Below are positions 17,840 to 29,551 of a stretch of DNA of 64,000 nucleotides, piece by piece (positions within the stretch are counted from its first letter, which is position 1; the number at the start of each line of letters is the position of its first letter). The stretch lies in assembly GCF_009914755.1 (NCBI RefSeq), contig NC_060929.1; one strand, written 5' to 3'. A program made the translations under genes and the position numbers. The DNA comes from the human T2T-CHM13v2.0 reference genome, Homo sapiens. The notes under the pieces were generated by a model. That model was not told the origin of the DNA, ran no database searches, and worked only from the letters and a program-made list of their open reading frames with translations.

Positions 17840-20131
17840 CTATCTGAATACATTTTATTTCTTTCTCTTCCCTGATTGCCTGGCCAGAGCTTCCAATACT
17901 ATATTGAATAGGAGTGGTGAGAGAGGGCATCCCTGTCTTGTGCCAGTGTTCAAAAGGAATGTTTCCAGTTTTTGCCCATTCTGTATGATATTGGCTGTGG
18001 GTTTGTCATAAATAGCTCTTATTATTTTGAGATCTGTTCTATCAATACCTAGTTTATTGAGAGGTTTTAGCATGAAGGGTGTTAAATTTTATCAAAGGTC
18101 TTTTCTGCATCTATTAAGATAATCATGTGGTTTTTGTCACTGGGTCTGTTTATGTGATGGATTACATTTATTAATTTGCATATGTTGAACCAGCCTTGCA
18201 TCCCATGGATGAAGCCAACTTGATCATGGTGGATAAGCTCTTTGATGTGCTGCTGGATTCGGTTTGCCATTATTTTATTGAGGATTTTCACATCAATGTT
18301 CATTAAGGATATTGGCCTGAAATTTTCTTTTTTGGTTTGTCTCTGCCAGGTTTTGGTATCAGGATGATGCTGTCCTCATAAAATGAGTTAGGAAGGAGTC
18401 CCTCTTTTTCTATTGATTGGAATAGTTTTAGAAGAAATGATACAAGCTCCTCTTTGTGCCTCTGGTAGAATTCAACTGTGAATCATCTGGTTCTGGACTT
18501 TTTTTGGTTGGTAGGCTATTAATTACTGCCTCAATTTCAGAACTTCTTTTTGTTATTCATGGATTCGACTTCCTCTTGGTTTAGACTTGGGAGGATGTAT
18601 GTTTCCAGGAATTTATCATTTCTTCTAGATTTTCTAGTTTATTTGCATAGACGTGCTTATAGTATTCCCTGATGGTAGTTTGTATTTCTGTGGGATCAGT
18701 GGTAATATCCCCTTTATTATTTTTTGTTGCATCTATTTGATTCTTCTCTTTCTTCTTCTTTATTAGTCTGGCTAGCAGTCTATCTATTTTGTTGATCCTT
18801 CCAAAAAACCAGCTCCTGGATTCATTGTTTTTTTTTTTTTTTTTTTGAAGGGTTTTTGGTGTATTTATTTCCTTCAGTTCTGCTCTGGTCTTAGTTATTT
18901 CTTGTCTTCTGCTAGCTTTTGAATTTGTTTGCTCTTGCTTCTCTAATTCTTTGAATTGTGATGCTAGCATATCGATTTTAGAACTTTCTTGATTTGTCTT
19001 GTGGGAATTTAATGCTATAAATTTCCCTCTACATACTGCTTTAGCTATGTCCCAGAGATTCTGGTATATTGTGTCTTTGTTCTCATTGGTTTCAAACAAC
19101 TTATTTATTTCTGCCTTAATTTCGTTATTTACCCAGTAGTTATTCAGAAGCAGGTTGTTCAGTTTCCATGTATTTGTGCAGTTTCTTAATCTTGAATTTT
19201 AATTTGATTGCACTGTGGTCTAAGAGACTGTTATGATTTCCGTTCTTTTGCATTTGCTGAGGAGTGTTTTACTTCCAATTATCTGGTCAATTTTAGAGTA
19301 AATGTGATGTAGTGCTGAGAAGAATGTATATTCTTTTGATTTGGGGTGGAGAGTTCTGTAGATGTCTAGTAGGTCTGCTTGTTCCAGAGCTGAGTTCAAG
19401 TCCTGGATATCCTTGTTAATTTTCTCATTGATCTGTCTAATATTGACAGTGGGGTATTAAAGTCTCCCACTATTATTGTGTGGGAGTCTAAGTCTCTTTG
19501 TAGGTCTCTAAGAACTTGCTTTATGAATCTGGTTCCTTCTGTATTGGGTGCATATATATTTAGGATAGTTAGTTCTTCTTGTTGCATTGATCCCTTTACC
19601 ATTATGTAATGCCCTTCTTTGTCTCTTTTGATGTTTGTTGATTTAAAGTCTGTTTTATCAGAGACTAGGATAGCAACCTCTGCTTTTTTTTTTTTCTTTC
19701 CGTTTGCTCGGTAAATCTTCCTCTTTATTTTGACCCTATGTGTGTCTTTGCATGTGAAATGGGTCTCCTGAATACAGCACACCAATGGGTCTTGATTCTT
19801 TATCCAATTTGCCTGTCTGTGTCTTTTAGTTGGGGCATTAGCCCATTTACATTTAAGCCTAATATTGTTATGTGTGAATTTGATCCTATCATTATATGCT
19901 AGCTGGTTATTTTGCCCATTATTTCATGCAGTTTCTTCATAGTGTCAATGGTCTTTACAATTTTATATGTTTTTGCAGTTGCTGGTACCAATTGTTTCTT
20001 TCCATGTTTATTGCTTCTTGTAAGACAGGCCTGGTGGTGACAAAATCTCTCAGCATTTGCTTGTCTGTAAAGGATTTTATTTTTTCTTCACTTATGAAGC
20101 TTAGTTTGGCTGGATATGAAATTCTGGGTTG

Positions 20132-21009
20132 ATTTGCATTTCTCTGATGGCCAGTGATGATAACCATTTTTTCATGTGTTTTTTGGCTGCATAAATGTCT
20201 TCTTTTGAGAAGTGTCTGTTCATATCCTTTGCCCACTTTTTGATTGGGTTGTTTGTTTTCTTCTTGTAATGCAAATCAAAACCACAATGAGACACCATCT
20301 CACACCAGTTAGAATGGCAATCATTAAAAAGTTAGGAAACAACAGGTGCTGGAGAGGATGTGGAGAAATAGGAACACTTTTACACTGTTGGTGGGACTGT
20401 AAACTAGTTCAACCATTGTGGAAGTCGGTGTGGCGATTCCTCAGGGATCTAGAACTAGTAATACCATTTGACCCAGCCATCCCTTTACTGGGTATATACC
20501 CAAAGGATTATAAATCATGCTGCTATAAAGACACATGCACACATATGTTTATTGCGGCACTATTCACAATAGCAAAGACTTGGAACCAACCCAAATGTCC
20601 AACAATGATAGACTGGATTAAGAAAATATGGCACATATGCACCATGGAATACTATGCAGCCATAAAAATGATGAGTTCATGTCCTCTGTAGGGACATGGA
20701 TGAAGCTGGAAACCATCGTTCTCAGCAAACTATCACAAGGACAAAAAACCAAACACCGCATATTCTCACTCATACGTGGGAATTGAACAATGAGAACACA
20801 TGGACACAGGAAGGGGAACATCACACCCTGGGGCCTGTTGTGGGGTGGGGGGAGGGGGGAGGGATAGCATTAAGAGATATACGTAATGCTAAATGATGAG
20901 TTAATGGGTGCAGCACACCAACATGGCACATGTATACATATGTAACAAACCTGCACGTTGTGCACATGTACCCTAAAACTTAAAATATAATAATAATAAA
21001 ATTTAAAAA
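20132..21009 (+). mobile_element. 5'-truncated, 5'-inverted L1PA4-like insertion (~0.88 kb) in ORF1 of the outer L1
   Basis: TSD AAATTCTGGGTTG at 20119-20131 and 21010-21022; 20132-~20268 is antisense L1, ~20268-21009 is sense L1 3' end with tail. Confidence 0.93.
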
Positions 21010-23200
21010 AAATTCTGGGTTGGAAATTCTTCTCTTTAAGAATGTTGAAGATTGGCCCCCACTCTCTTCTGGCATGTAGGGTTTCTGCAGAGAGATCCAC
21101 CATTAGTCTGGTGGGCTTCCCTTTGTGGTTAACCTGACCTTTCTCTCTGGCTTCCCTTAACATTGTTTCCTTCATTTCATCCTCGGTGAATCTGACAATT
21201 ATGTGTCTCTGGGTTGCTCTTCTTGAGGAGGATCTTTGTGGTGTTCTCTGTATTTCCTGAGTTTGAATGTTGGCCTGTCTTGATAGGTTGGGGAAGTTCT
21301 CCTGAATAATATCCTGAAGAGTGTTTTCCTCCTTGGTTCCATTCTTCTTGTCACTTTCAGGTACAACAATCAAATATAGGTTTGGTCTTTTCACATAGTC
21401 CCATATTTCTTGGAGGCTTTGTTCCTTCCTTTTCACTATTTTTTCTCTAATCTTGTCGTTATGCTTTATTTCATTAAGTTGATCTGCAATCTCTGATATT
21501 CTTTCTTCTGCTTGATTAATTCAGCTATTGATACTTGTGTATGCTTCGTGAGGTTCTTCTGCTGTGTTTTTCAGCTCCATCGGGTCATTAATGTTCTTCT
21601 CTAAACTGGTTATTCTAGTTAGCAATTCCTCTAACCTTTTTTCAAGGTTCTTAGCTTCCTTGCATTGGGTTAGAAGATGCTCCTTTAGCTGGGAGGAGTT
21701 TGTTATTATCCACCTTCTGAAGCCTACTTCTGTCAATTCATCAAACTCATTCTCTGTCCAGTTTTTTCCCTTGCTGGTGAGGAGTTGTGATCCTTTGGAG
21801 GAGAAGAGGTGTTCTGTGTTTTGCAATTTTCAGTCTTTTTGCACTGGTTTCTCCCCATCTTCGTGGATTTATGTACCTTTGGTGTTTGATGTTGGTGACC
21901 TTCAGATGGGGTTTTGGTGTGGACATCGTTTTTGTTGATGTTGATACTATTCCTTTCTGTTTGTTAGTTTTCCTTCTAATAGGCCCCTCTGCTGCAGGTC
22001 TGCTGCAGTTTGCCAGATGTCCACTCCAGACCCTGTTTGCCTAGGTATCACCAGTGGAGGCTGCAGAACAGCAAAGATTGCTGCCTGTTCCTTCCCCTGG
22101 AAGGTTCATTCCTGGGGAGCACCCGCTAGATGCCAGCTGGAGCACTCCTGCATGAGGTGTCTGTCAACCCCTGCTGTGTCTCCCAGTTGGGAGGCACGGG
22201 GGTCAGGGACCCACTTGAGGAGGCAGTCTGTCCGTGAGCAGAACTCCAGCACTGTGCCGGGAGATCTGCCACTCTCCTCAGAGCTGGCAGACAGGAGTAT
22301 TTAATTCTGCTGAAGCTGCACCTATAGCCGCCCCTGCCCCCAGGTGCTCTGTCCCAGGGAGATGGGAGTTTTATCTATAAGCCCCTGACTGGGGCTGCTG
22401 CCTTTCTTTCAGCGATTCCCTGCCCCAAGAAGAGGAATCTAGAGAGGCAGTCTGGCTATAGCAGCTTTGCCAAGCTGCAGTGGGCTCCGCCCAGTTGGAA
22501 CTTCCTTAAAGCTTTGTTTACACTGAGGGGAAAACCCCCTACTCAAGCCTCAGTAATGCCAGATGCCCCTCCCCTCACCAAGGTGGAGCATTCCAGGTCG
22601 ACTTCAGACTGCTGTGCTAGCAGCAAGAATTACAAGCCAGTGGATCTTAGCTTGCTGGGCTCTGTGGGGGTGGGATCCACTGAGCTAGACCACTTGGCTC
22701 TCTGGCTTCAGCTCCCTTTCCAGGGGAGTGAATGGTTCTGTCTCACTGGCTTTCCAGTCACCACTGGGGTGTGAAAAGAAAATCCTGCACCTAGCTCAGT
22801 GTCTGCCCAAACGGCTGCCCAGTTCTGTGCTTTAAAACCAGTGCCCTTGTGGTGTAGGCACCGGAGGGAATCTCCTGGTCTGTGGGTTGCAAAGACCATA
22901 GGAAAAGCGTAGTATCTAGGCCAGAGTGCACTGTTCCTCATAGCACAGTCCCTCACAGCTTCCCTTGGCTAGGGGAGGGAGTTCTTCAACTGTTTGTGCT
23001 TCCTGGGTGAGGCAATGCCCCACCCTGCTTCTGCTCACCCTCCGTGGGCTGCACCCACTGTCTAACCAGTCCCAATGAGATGTGCCAGGTACTCCAGTTG
23101 GAAGTGCAGAAATCACCCGCCTTCTGCGTTGATCTTGCTGGGAGCTGCAGAGCAGAGCTTTTCCTATTTGGCCATCTTGCCAGCCACTCCCAGATCTTTT

Positions 23201-26200
23201 AAGTCTTGTTTGAGGACTTGGGAAAAGTAGGAAAGGGCTTCAGTAACCCTCTGAGGCATGACTTTCTAGATAGAATGTTGTCCTTCTCAGGAAAAAGCAA
23301 AAAGGTATTGACTCTTCTAGTCTAGAGGCACACTGAAAAAGGTAGAGCAAAGGCTCACTGCAGGTAAGCAAGTGGCTTCTGGAGGAGTTGTGTGGGTTGA
23401 GGTATTTCTGGAAAGTGAGGAATAACAATTTTGCCAATGGCCTTGAAGTCTTAAGCAAATTGACACTGTCATCTGTTTGGGTTCTTTACTCACAGGACAG
23501 AAGTGTTACAGGGCTAATGCAGGGTATGAGAAGACCTTGGGATACAAGGCTTGCAACTATAGGTTTGATCCCTTACCTGTGTCTGAGTTCAAGGAATATT
23601 AGGGAAGTTTATGTAATGGTTTGATAGACTCTATCTGTATTTTTTATAGGTTCTGCTCTGATTATTTTGCCTACATCAGTAAAATTTTTGCCCATATAGT
23701 GTCACTTTTCTGTGGTATGCATTAAATGTAATGGGAGAAGCAATGGCATATCTAGAGCAGACACATCTTGACCATGAACAGAGGAGTTCTCTGGAACCTC
23801 AAGAAATAGTCCTCCTGGCATGCTTTTAATCATTGCAGTTCCATTTGCAAAGTAACCATTCTATTAAATTTGCAGGGGTGGTATCACAGAGCAGGAAGGA
23901 ATGTTTTTCAGTCAAAGACACAAGGGTTAGGTTAAGAATTGGGAGATGGGGAAAACCTGAGGGTTATGAAATACCTTCCACATATGTTGTAAGTTTACTC
24001 TGAGGAAGAAGTTAAGAAAGATAACAAGATATAATGCACAAAAAGTGGCACACATGTCTTTTTTCGTATGAGTTGAACTAGGAATTGATTAGCATGACTG
24101 TATTCATAGTTAATTTACTGTGAGTGTTTGAGGGTATGGCAAGATATTGAATGCTTTTTCATTCCTTGGAATGCCTTCATTGATCCAAATTGAGGGATGT
24201 TTCTTTGTCTTGGTTTTTCTTTTATAAGATGGGTTCATCTATTTCCAGTGTTCCTTCTGTTAACAATTTCTACAAGTGTCCTTGTCAGCAGGTGGTTGGT
24301 TGGGGAATGGACTACCTAGCTGTTTAATCTATAGTCCCATCAATTTACTTTAGAGCTTTCTCACTTTTGTCCTAAAGCCCTGGCAAAATGTTCTGTCAGG
24401 TATTAGAGTTTAGCTAGTGGGGCTGTTTCCCATTCTAATGTCTACTTTCACATTAGGACTTTAACGTCAGGTTTAACTCCATCGACAAAGTGAGATGAAA
24501 GGGCTGCTATCACAACAGCACCTTCTTTATTCCCAAGAGATGTCAGAAAGTATTTCCTACTCTATCTTGAGCAATCTATAGTTTCATCTTTTGTGCCTAT
24601 TTGCATGATTGAATTGTGGTCCTATCAATTTTTACTGTGAATGTTTCAGGAATGGCTTTTTATGAGACGTTGACCTAATTTTCTGGCCTGTTTTTGACCC
24701 TCAGGTTTGTTATGGAAAGAAGGATCCTATAGATTGCTTTCTGGGTCAGCCCAATTATCTTTTGCCATTTAGGATTTAGTATCTGAGGTTTGGACCAATG
24801 TGTGTACAGGCTGATATAGGTCAGGTAACCCTAGGTCATATGTACCCAAAATAATTCTAAATTCTTCTATGAATATTTGCTGGTCTTGTTTGAGTTTAGG
24901 GAAATCTTTAGTTGCAGCTCTTGAATGAGCTCAGGTCCAAGGCTTCAGTTCGACAGTTGCCTGCAGGACAGGCTCATGAGAGGAATGGGTCCTTATAGGC
25001 AACTGGCATTGGGGGGTTTTAGGAAAGTTGTTGGGAAAGGTAGGGAGGCTGGACAAAGGGAAGAAGAGGTAGGAGGTGCAGAGGGAGAAAGATCAGCAGC
25101 ATAAGAGGAAGACTTTGAGGTCCCTTGAACTGTCTAACCCCCCTGACCTGAGGTTCTTATTGATTATCCTGGACCTAATTATTGTGCTGTCCCTAGCACC
25201 CAGTAGGTGCTTTGGAGAATTCATTTGGTCATAAGCTTGGGCGATGGGAAGGGAGGCAGTTTCTAGAAGAGCTAGCAATGGAGGATAAGGACTGGGGGGA
25301 GGATTTACTAGGGGAATAAGTCTAGTTCTTGCTTTAACTTTGTCAGGTTGCCCTTTAGCTTTAGCTGGAGGCTTTTTTAGTGATGCAATTTTTAATTCAG
25401 TTTTGTTTGGAGGTCCCTGAATACCAATCAAGAAATGCTACCCTTGCAGTAAGCCGAGATCGTGCCACTGCACTCCAGCCTGGGTGACAGAGCGAGACTG
25501 TCTCCAAAAAAAAAAGAAAGAAAGAAATGCTAACCATGGAGCTTGTAGAATCTTATTCCCTTTCTTTTCTTAGGTGCCTCTCCAACTATTTTATTCAAAT
25601 TCAGTGTTCCCCAGAGTGGCACTGAAGACCTAAGTCATCTTCTGAAGTTATGCCATTTAGAGAGTGAGGCACAAGAATTAGGACTGTAATCAGATTACAT
25701 ATAAGAAGCAGGGATTTTTCCAGATACAGGAGAGAATTTAGACTTAGAGGACCCCATACGAGCTGGTGATAGTTGGTAGGAATGTAATGCTGTGCACTTC
25801 GTGTCTCAGGTCCACAACCTGACAGTTGGCGGCCTCCGAACATAGACCCAATAGTCTGTGCCCCTGGCAGGTGGAAAACCAGAAATAACATTGCCTCTGG
25901 GTCAAAGCCAAGCTCTCAGGAGCCAAATTCAGGATGGAAGAAGAACCTCATCTGGTTTCATTGGTGACCCACAGCAAAGTTTGTCCAATGGACACCAGTC
26001 CAACAAGATCTGAAAACTTCCCCGCCTGTGAGGCCAGCTTGAACAACAGGCCAATAAGGCCTTTGCCCATGTTCTGCCCTAGGATTCTCCTTCTTTTGAC
26101 AAGTAACACTTTTAGACAGCACAACACAAAACAGTAGCACAAAAAATAGAAAAAAAAATAATGTGGGGAGGGATGAAAAGAGATGGCCTGATTCAAACAA

Positions 26201-26432
26201 GGGCGCCAAACAAATAGGAACCAATAACAAAGCCAGTGACTCACCTGAGAATAAATAGCCAAGAAACTCAACACAAAGAGAGTAGAGTTCATGCCCAGGG
26301 TGTGGCATCATAGGATTCATAAGCTATGAGTAGCAAGGCAAGAGGGGCCTTCGTGAATAGTGCACCTGTGTGAAGGCTGGAGTCTGTGCAGTGCACAGTG
26401 CAGATAGGGGCTCTGTGGAGCCTCCACAATAA
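23201..26432 (-). pseudogene. Decayed ERV1 internal region: leader, gag, pro and RT N-terminal half
   Basis: Minus-strand translation: gag-like KDFPKLKQDQQIFIEEFRIILGTYDLGLPDLYQ, AIPETF, HFVDGVKP, late-domain-like PSAPP; RT MPQRVTEALSYFSQVLKQDL; PBS-like TGGAGGCTCCACAGAG at 26411-26426 (tentatively tRNA-Thr-like). Confidence 0.75.
25443..25521 (+). mobile_element. Heavily 5'-truncated Alu (3' ~60 bp plus tail)
   Basis: TTGCAGTAAGCCGAGATCGTGCCACTGCACTCCAGCCTGGG; TSD AAGAAATGCTA on both sides. Confidence 0.9.
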
Positions 26433-26992
26433 CTATGGAAATGAATGAAGACCAACCAGATGAGAATAACCAGGCATGGTTTATTCAGAGCCTGCCATAG
26501 CAAGGGAGTCAGCCACCATTATTTGTGCTTGGCAGAAGCTCAATGGCAGGCAGAGGAATGGTAAAGCTTTGTAGTGAAAAAAGGGAAGTCTTCAGGTATG
26601 CCCTATTGGAGGCTATTGGCATGGAGAAGCTGCAGGCAGGCTAACGAGAAACAGAGCATTCTATGTCGTTGGTTAGTGGTAAGTATTTGACTTTACCTAA
26701 TTGGTCCTCTGTTGTACAAAAGTAGGTACAAAATTAGGAAAGCTGTCAGTTATTAATAAAGTCCTGCTTGGGGGTAATTATCACAGGTATTATTGTTTAG
26801 CTTCCTGGATTTTTGTTAGAAGTAGAGATCTGACACCCTACAAGTCTGACTTAGAAATAGCAGACTGGTTTCCTGGGCTGTTTACCACAGATTATGGGTT
26901 GACTTCCTGAGCTGGTTGCTGCAGATTGTGGGTCAGAGTTCTATTTTTATATATGGCCTGGCCATTCTCTGTTTGTATATCTAGTCTCTTGC
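26433..26992 (-). mobile_element. MER67-like LTR, 5' LTR of the decayed ERV1
   Basis: On minus it reads AGAGACTAGATATACAAACAG...GGCCAGGCCATATATAAAAATAGAACTCTGACCCACAATCTGCAGCAACCAG, followed directly by the PBS-like site and gag. Confidence 0.75.
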
Positions 26993-28054
26993 ATCAATCT
27001 GATTTATTCATGTGTAACTATTATGAGTTTCCAGCATATTTTAGAGTTTTACATGTATCGTTGACATTATCTTGCTTGACACTTAATGGTCTCTTAAACT
27101 GAAGACTTGTGCCCATCTTTAGTTCTTGGCTATTCTTTCTTCTCTCATTGCTATTCCTTCATTATCAATTCTCACTCACTCCAGAACTTCCGTTACAAAC
27201 TTGTTAGTTTTTAGATCTCTCCTTTACATTTATTAACTTACTTTCTTTCTTTTCACCTGATTACTCCTTTGGCTGTATTTTGGAAAAATTCTTTACTCAA
27301 TTTTCCAGCTAATTAATTTTTTCCTTTTAAGTGTTTATTTGATGTTTCAGTACATCTATTGAGAATTTTTCCCCTCTAAGTTATATTTTTCATTCTACGA
27401 AGGTAATATATTTTAAAGATTTTCTAAGTATGTAAATTATCTTTTTTAAAAATCATATTCTTATTTCTATTGCTAATTCTTTGTCTTTGGATATAAATTC
27501 TGCCATTGGTTGAGTTTGCTTCTTCCATGGTGTCAAATTTCCCCCTATATTTGATGATTTTTATATTGTGTGTTCACCTTGGTGCTTGAAATTTCCTGTT
27601 AAATTTTCCACTATCCAGTATTTCTACACTATGAGACCTTAGCAGTGTTACTATTTTGGATGAAATGTGTCTGGTGAGAATGGGCAAGGGTGGATTGAAT
27701 GAGTTGAGTAGTAGCTGGCATTTGGTGCTTGAGCTCCCTATGTTTCTGCTGGCCCTGGAAGCAATGTCCTGCCTCTTTGATTTCAGCTCCCACCTGCAGA
27801 AACCAACCCTCCATCCCTACCCCCACCCCTATGGCTGCAGCCTGGGCCCTGAGGAGTGATACACAAGATTTTATCTCTCTAGAGTATCTCAACTTAGCAC
27901 CCTATTTGTTGCTTCTGGATCACCTTCAGGTTCTGACATCCACCACCTCAATGCATGGGACTTTTAAAAATGAGATTTTTTCAATTGTTTATGATAGAAT
28001 TCTCCTTCAAGGAATTTCCCTGTCCCCTGATGCACACATACCTAGTTTTCTTTT

Positions 28055-28218
28055 CTTTATGGGGGGTGGGGGAGGCAGGGTCTTACTCTGTTGCCTAAGT
28101 TGGAGTGTAGTGGCATGATCATGACTGACTGCAGCCTCAACCTCCTGGCCTCAAGTCGTCTTCTGCCTCATTCCTCCTAAAGTGCTGGGATTACAGGTAT
28201 AAGCTACTGCATTCAGCC
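28055..28218 (-). mobile_element. Alu monomer (FLAM/AluJ-like)
   Basis: GGGTCTTACTCTGTTGCC...AAAGTGCTGGGATTACAGG...CAGCC. Confidence 0.8.
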
Positions 28219-28354
28219 TATACTGAATTTTTTTTTGGTACAGCCATACATTTTTATTTTAATGTATTTTCTGTAACTTGTCTCAGTTTGGCGTAGGATG
28301 TAGAAGATTGGTACACATGTTTAGTTTGCAGTCTTGTAACTGGAAACTTTTTAG

Positions 28355-28690
28355 TGTAGTAATTGTTAAAGTGTGATCCAAGGACCCCTGGAGGCCGCAA
28401 AGACTCTTTTAGAGAGTCTAAAAGATTCTTCCTTCTTCAGCCTCACATCTATGTGAAGTTGAATTCTCTTTATATACTTCAACCAACACAACATATTGCA
28501 GCAGATTGAATGTACACATATGACAATCCAGCTGTCTTCTATTAAGTCGGACATAAAAGAGATTTGCACAAGTATAGAACATTGCTATTCTTCTCATTGT
28601 TTATTGTTTTGAAATATATACTTATTTTTATAAAGTATTACTGATATTAACATGTAATAGATATCTTATTTAATGAATTAAATATTAAAA
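28355..28690. mobile_element. hAT-Charlie DNA transposon fragment
   Basis: AGATTGAATG...AATCCAGCTGTCTTCTATTAAGTCGGACATAAAAGAGATTTGC is typical of Charlie elements. Confidence 0.6.
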
Positions 28691-29366
28691 GAAAAAATAA
28701 AGGTTCATATTTATTAAAATAAGTAAAGATTTTCTATTATCTTATTTTTTTATTTTCACAAATTCCTTTGGACTATTCTTTTCCTCTCATTCCATACATT
28801 CCCCTTAACTAATTTGGTGTTATACATTGTTACCATTGTTATAGTGAATGAAGTGAAATTTTTAATATTTACAATTTCATGAGTCTAAATGTAATAAATG
28901 TATTGTTTTTTCTCACACAAAATAAGAATCTGTTTTAAATCTGATCATTCCAATATTGATGTGTATGCTTTTGTATGCTACAGTGTTCATTCTAAATTAA
29001 TTTTTACAGCCCTCCAGATTAGAAAGTAATGTTTTTGTTTTCCATAATTAATATTGGTTTAAATTTACCATTTTGCTTCCCTATTTCTTTTTCCATCTTG
29101 AATCTTCCTTCTGAAATAATTTTTCTTCCTCCTGAAGGACATATTCTTGAAGTTATTTCAGTGAAAGTCTTTTTTAAACTCTCAATTTTTGTCCAACAAT
29201 ATCTTTATTTTGCACATGTTCTTGAAAGATAGTTTGTTTTCCCATGTATCAATTCTAGATTGGCAGTGACATTTTTCACTTGGTACTTTACAGATAATGT
29301 CTTTTGTCATTCTAATGTCTTTCGTTTTCCAATATTGCTCTTTATAATGCAAATATCACTCTAATT

Positions 29367-29551
29367 CAGTGATTTTCAAAAGTGGTTCTTAGACCAGCAG
29401 CCTCAGTATCACTTTGGAGCTTTTTCAAAATGCAACTTTTAAAAATCTTATTCCAGATTTACTGAACCCAAACTTTGTAGTTGGGGTTCAGAAATGTGTT
29501 TTTAAAAGTCCTCCAAGTGATTCTACTGCCCACTTAAGTTTGAGAGCCAGC
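29367..29551. mobile_element. MER5A-like hAT MITE
   Basis: CAGTGATTTTCAAAAGTGG...AAGTTTGAGAGCCAG terminal inverted repeats. Confidence 0.75.

Noticed and set aside
19955-21436. Apparent ORF1/ORF2 hybrid proteins
   Set aside because: They cross the junctions of the inverted nested L1 and are fully explained by it.
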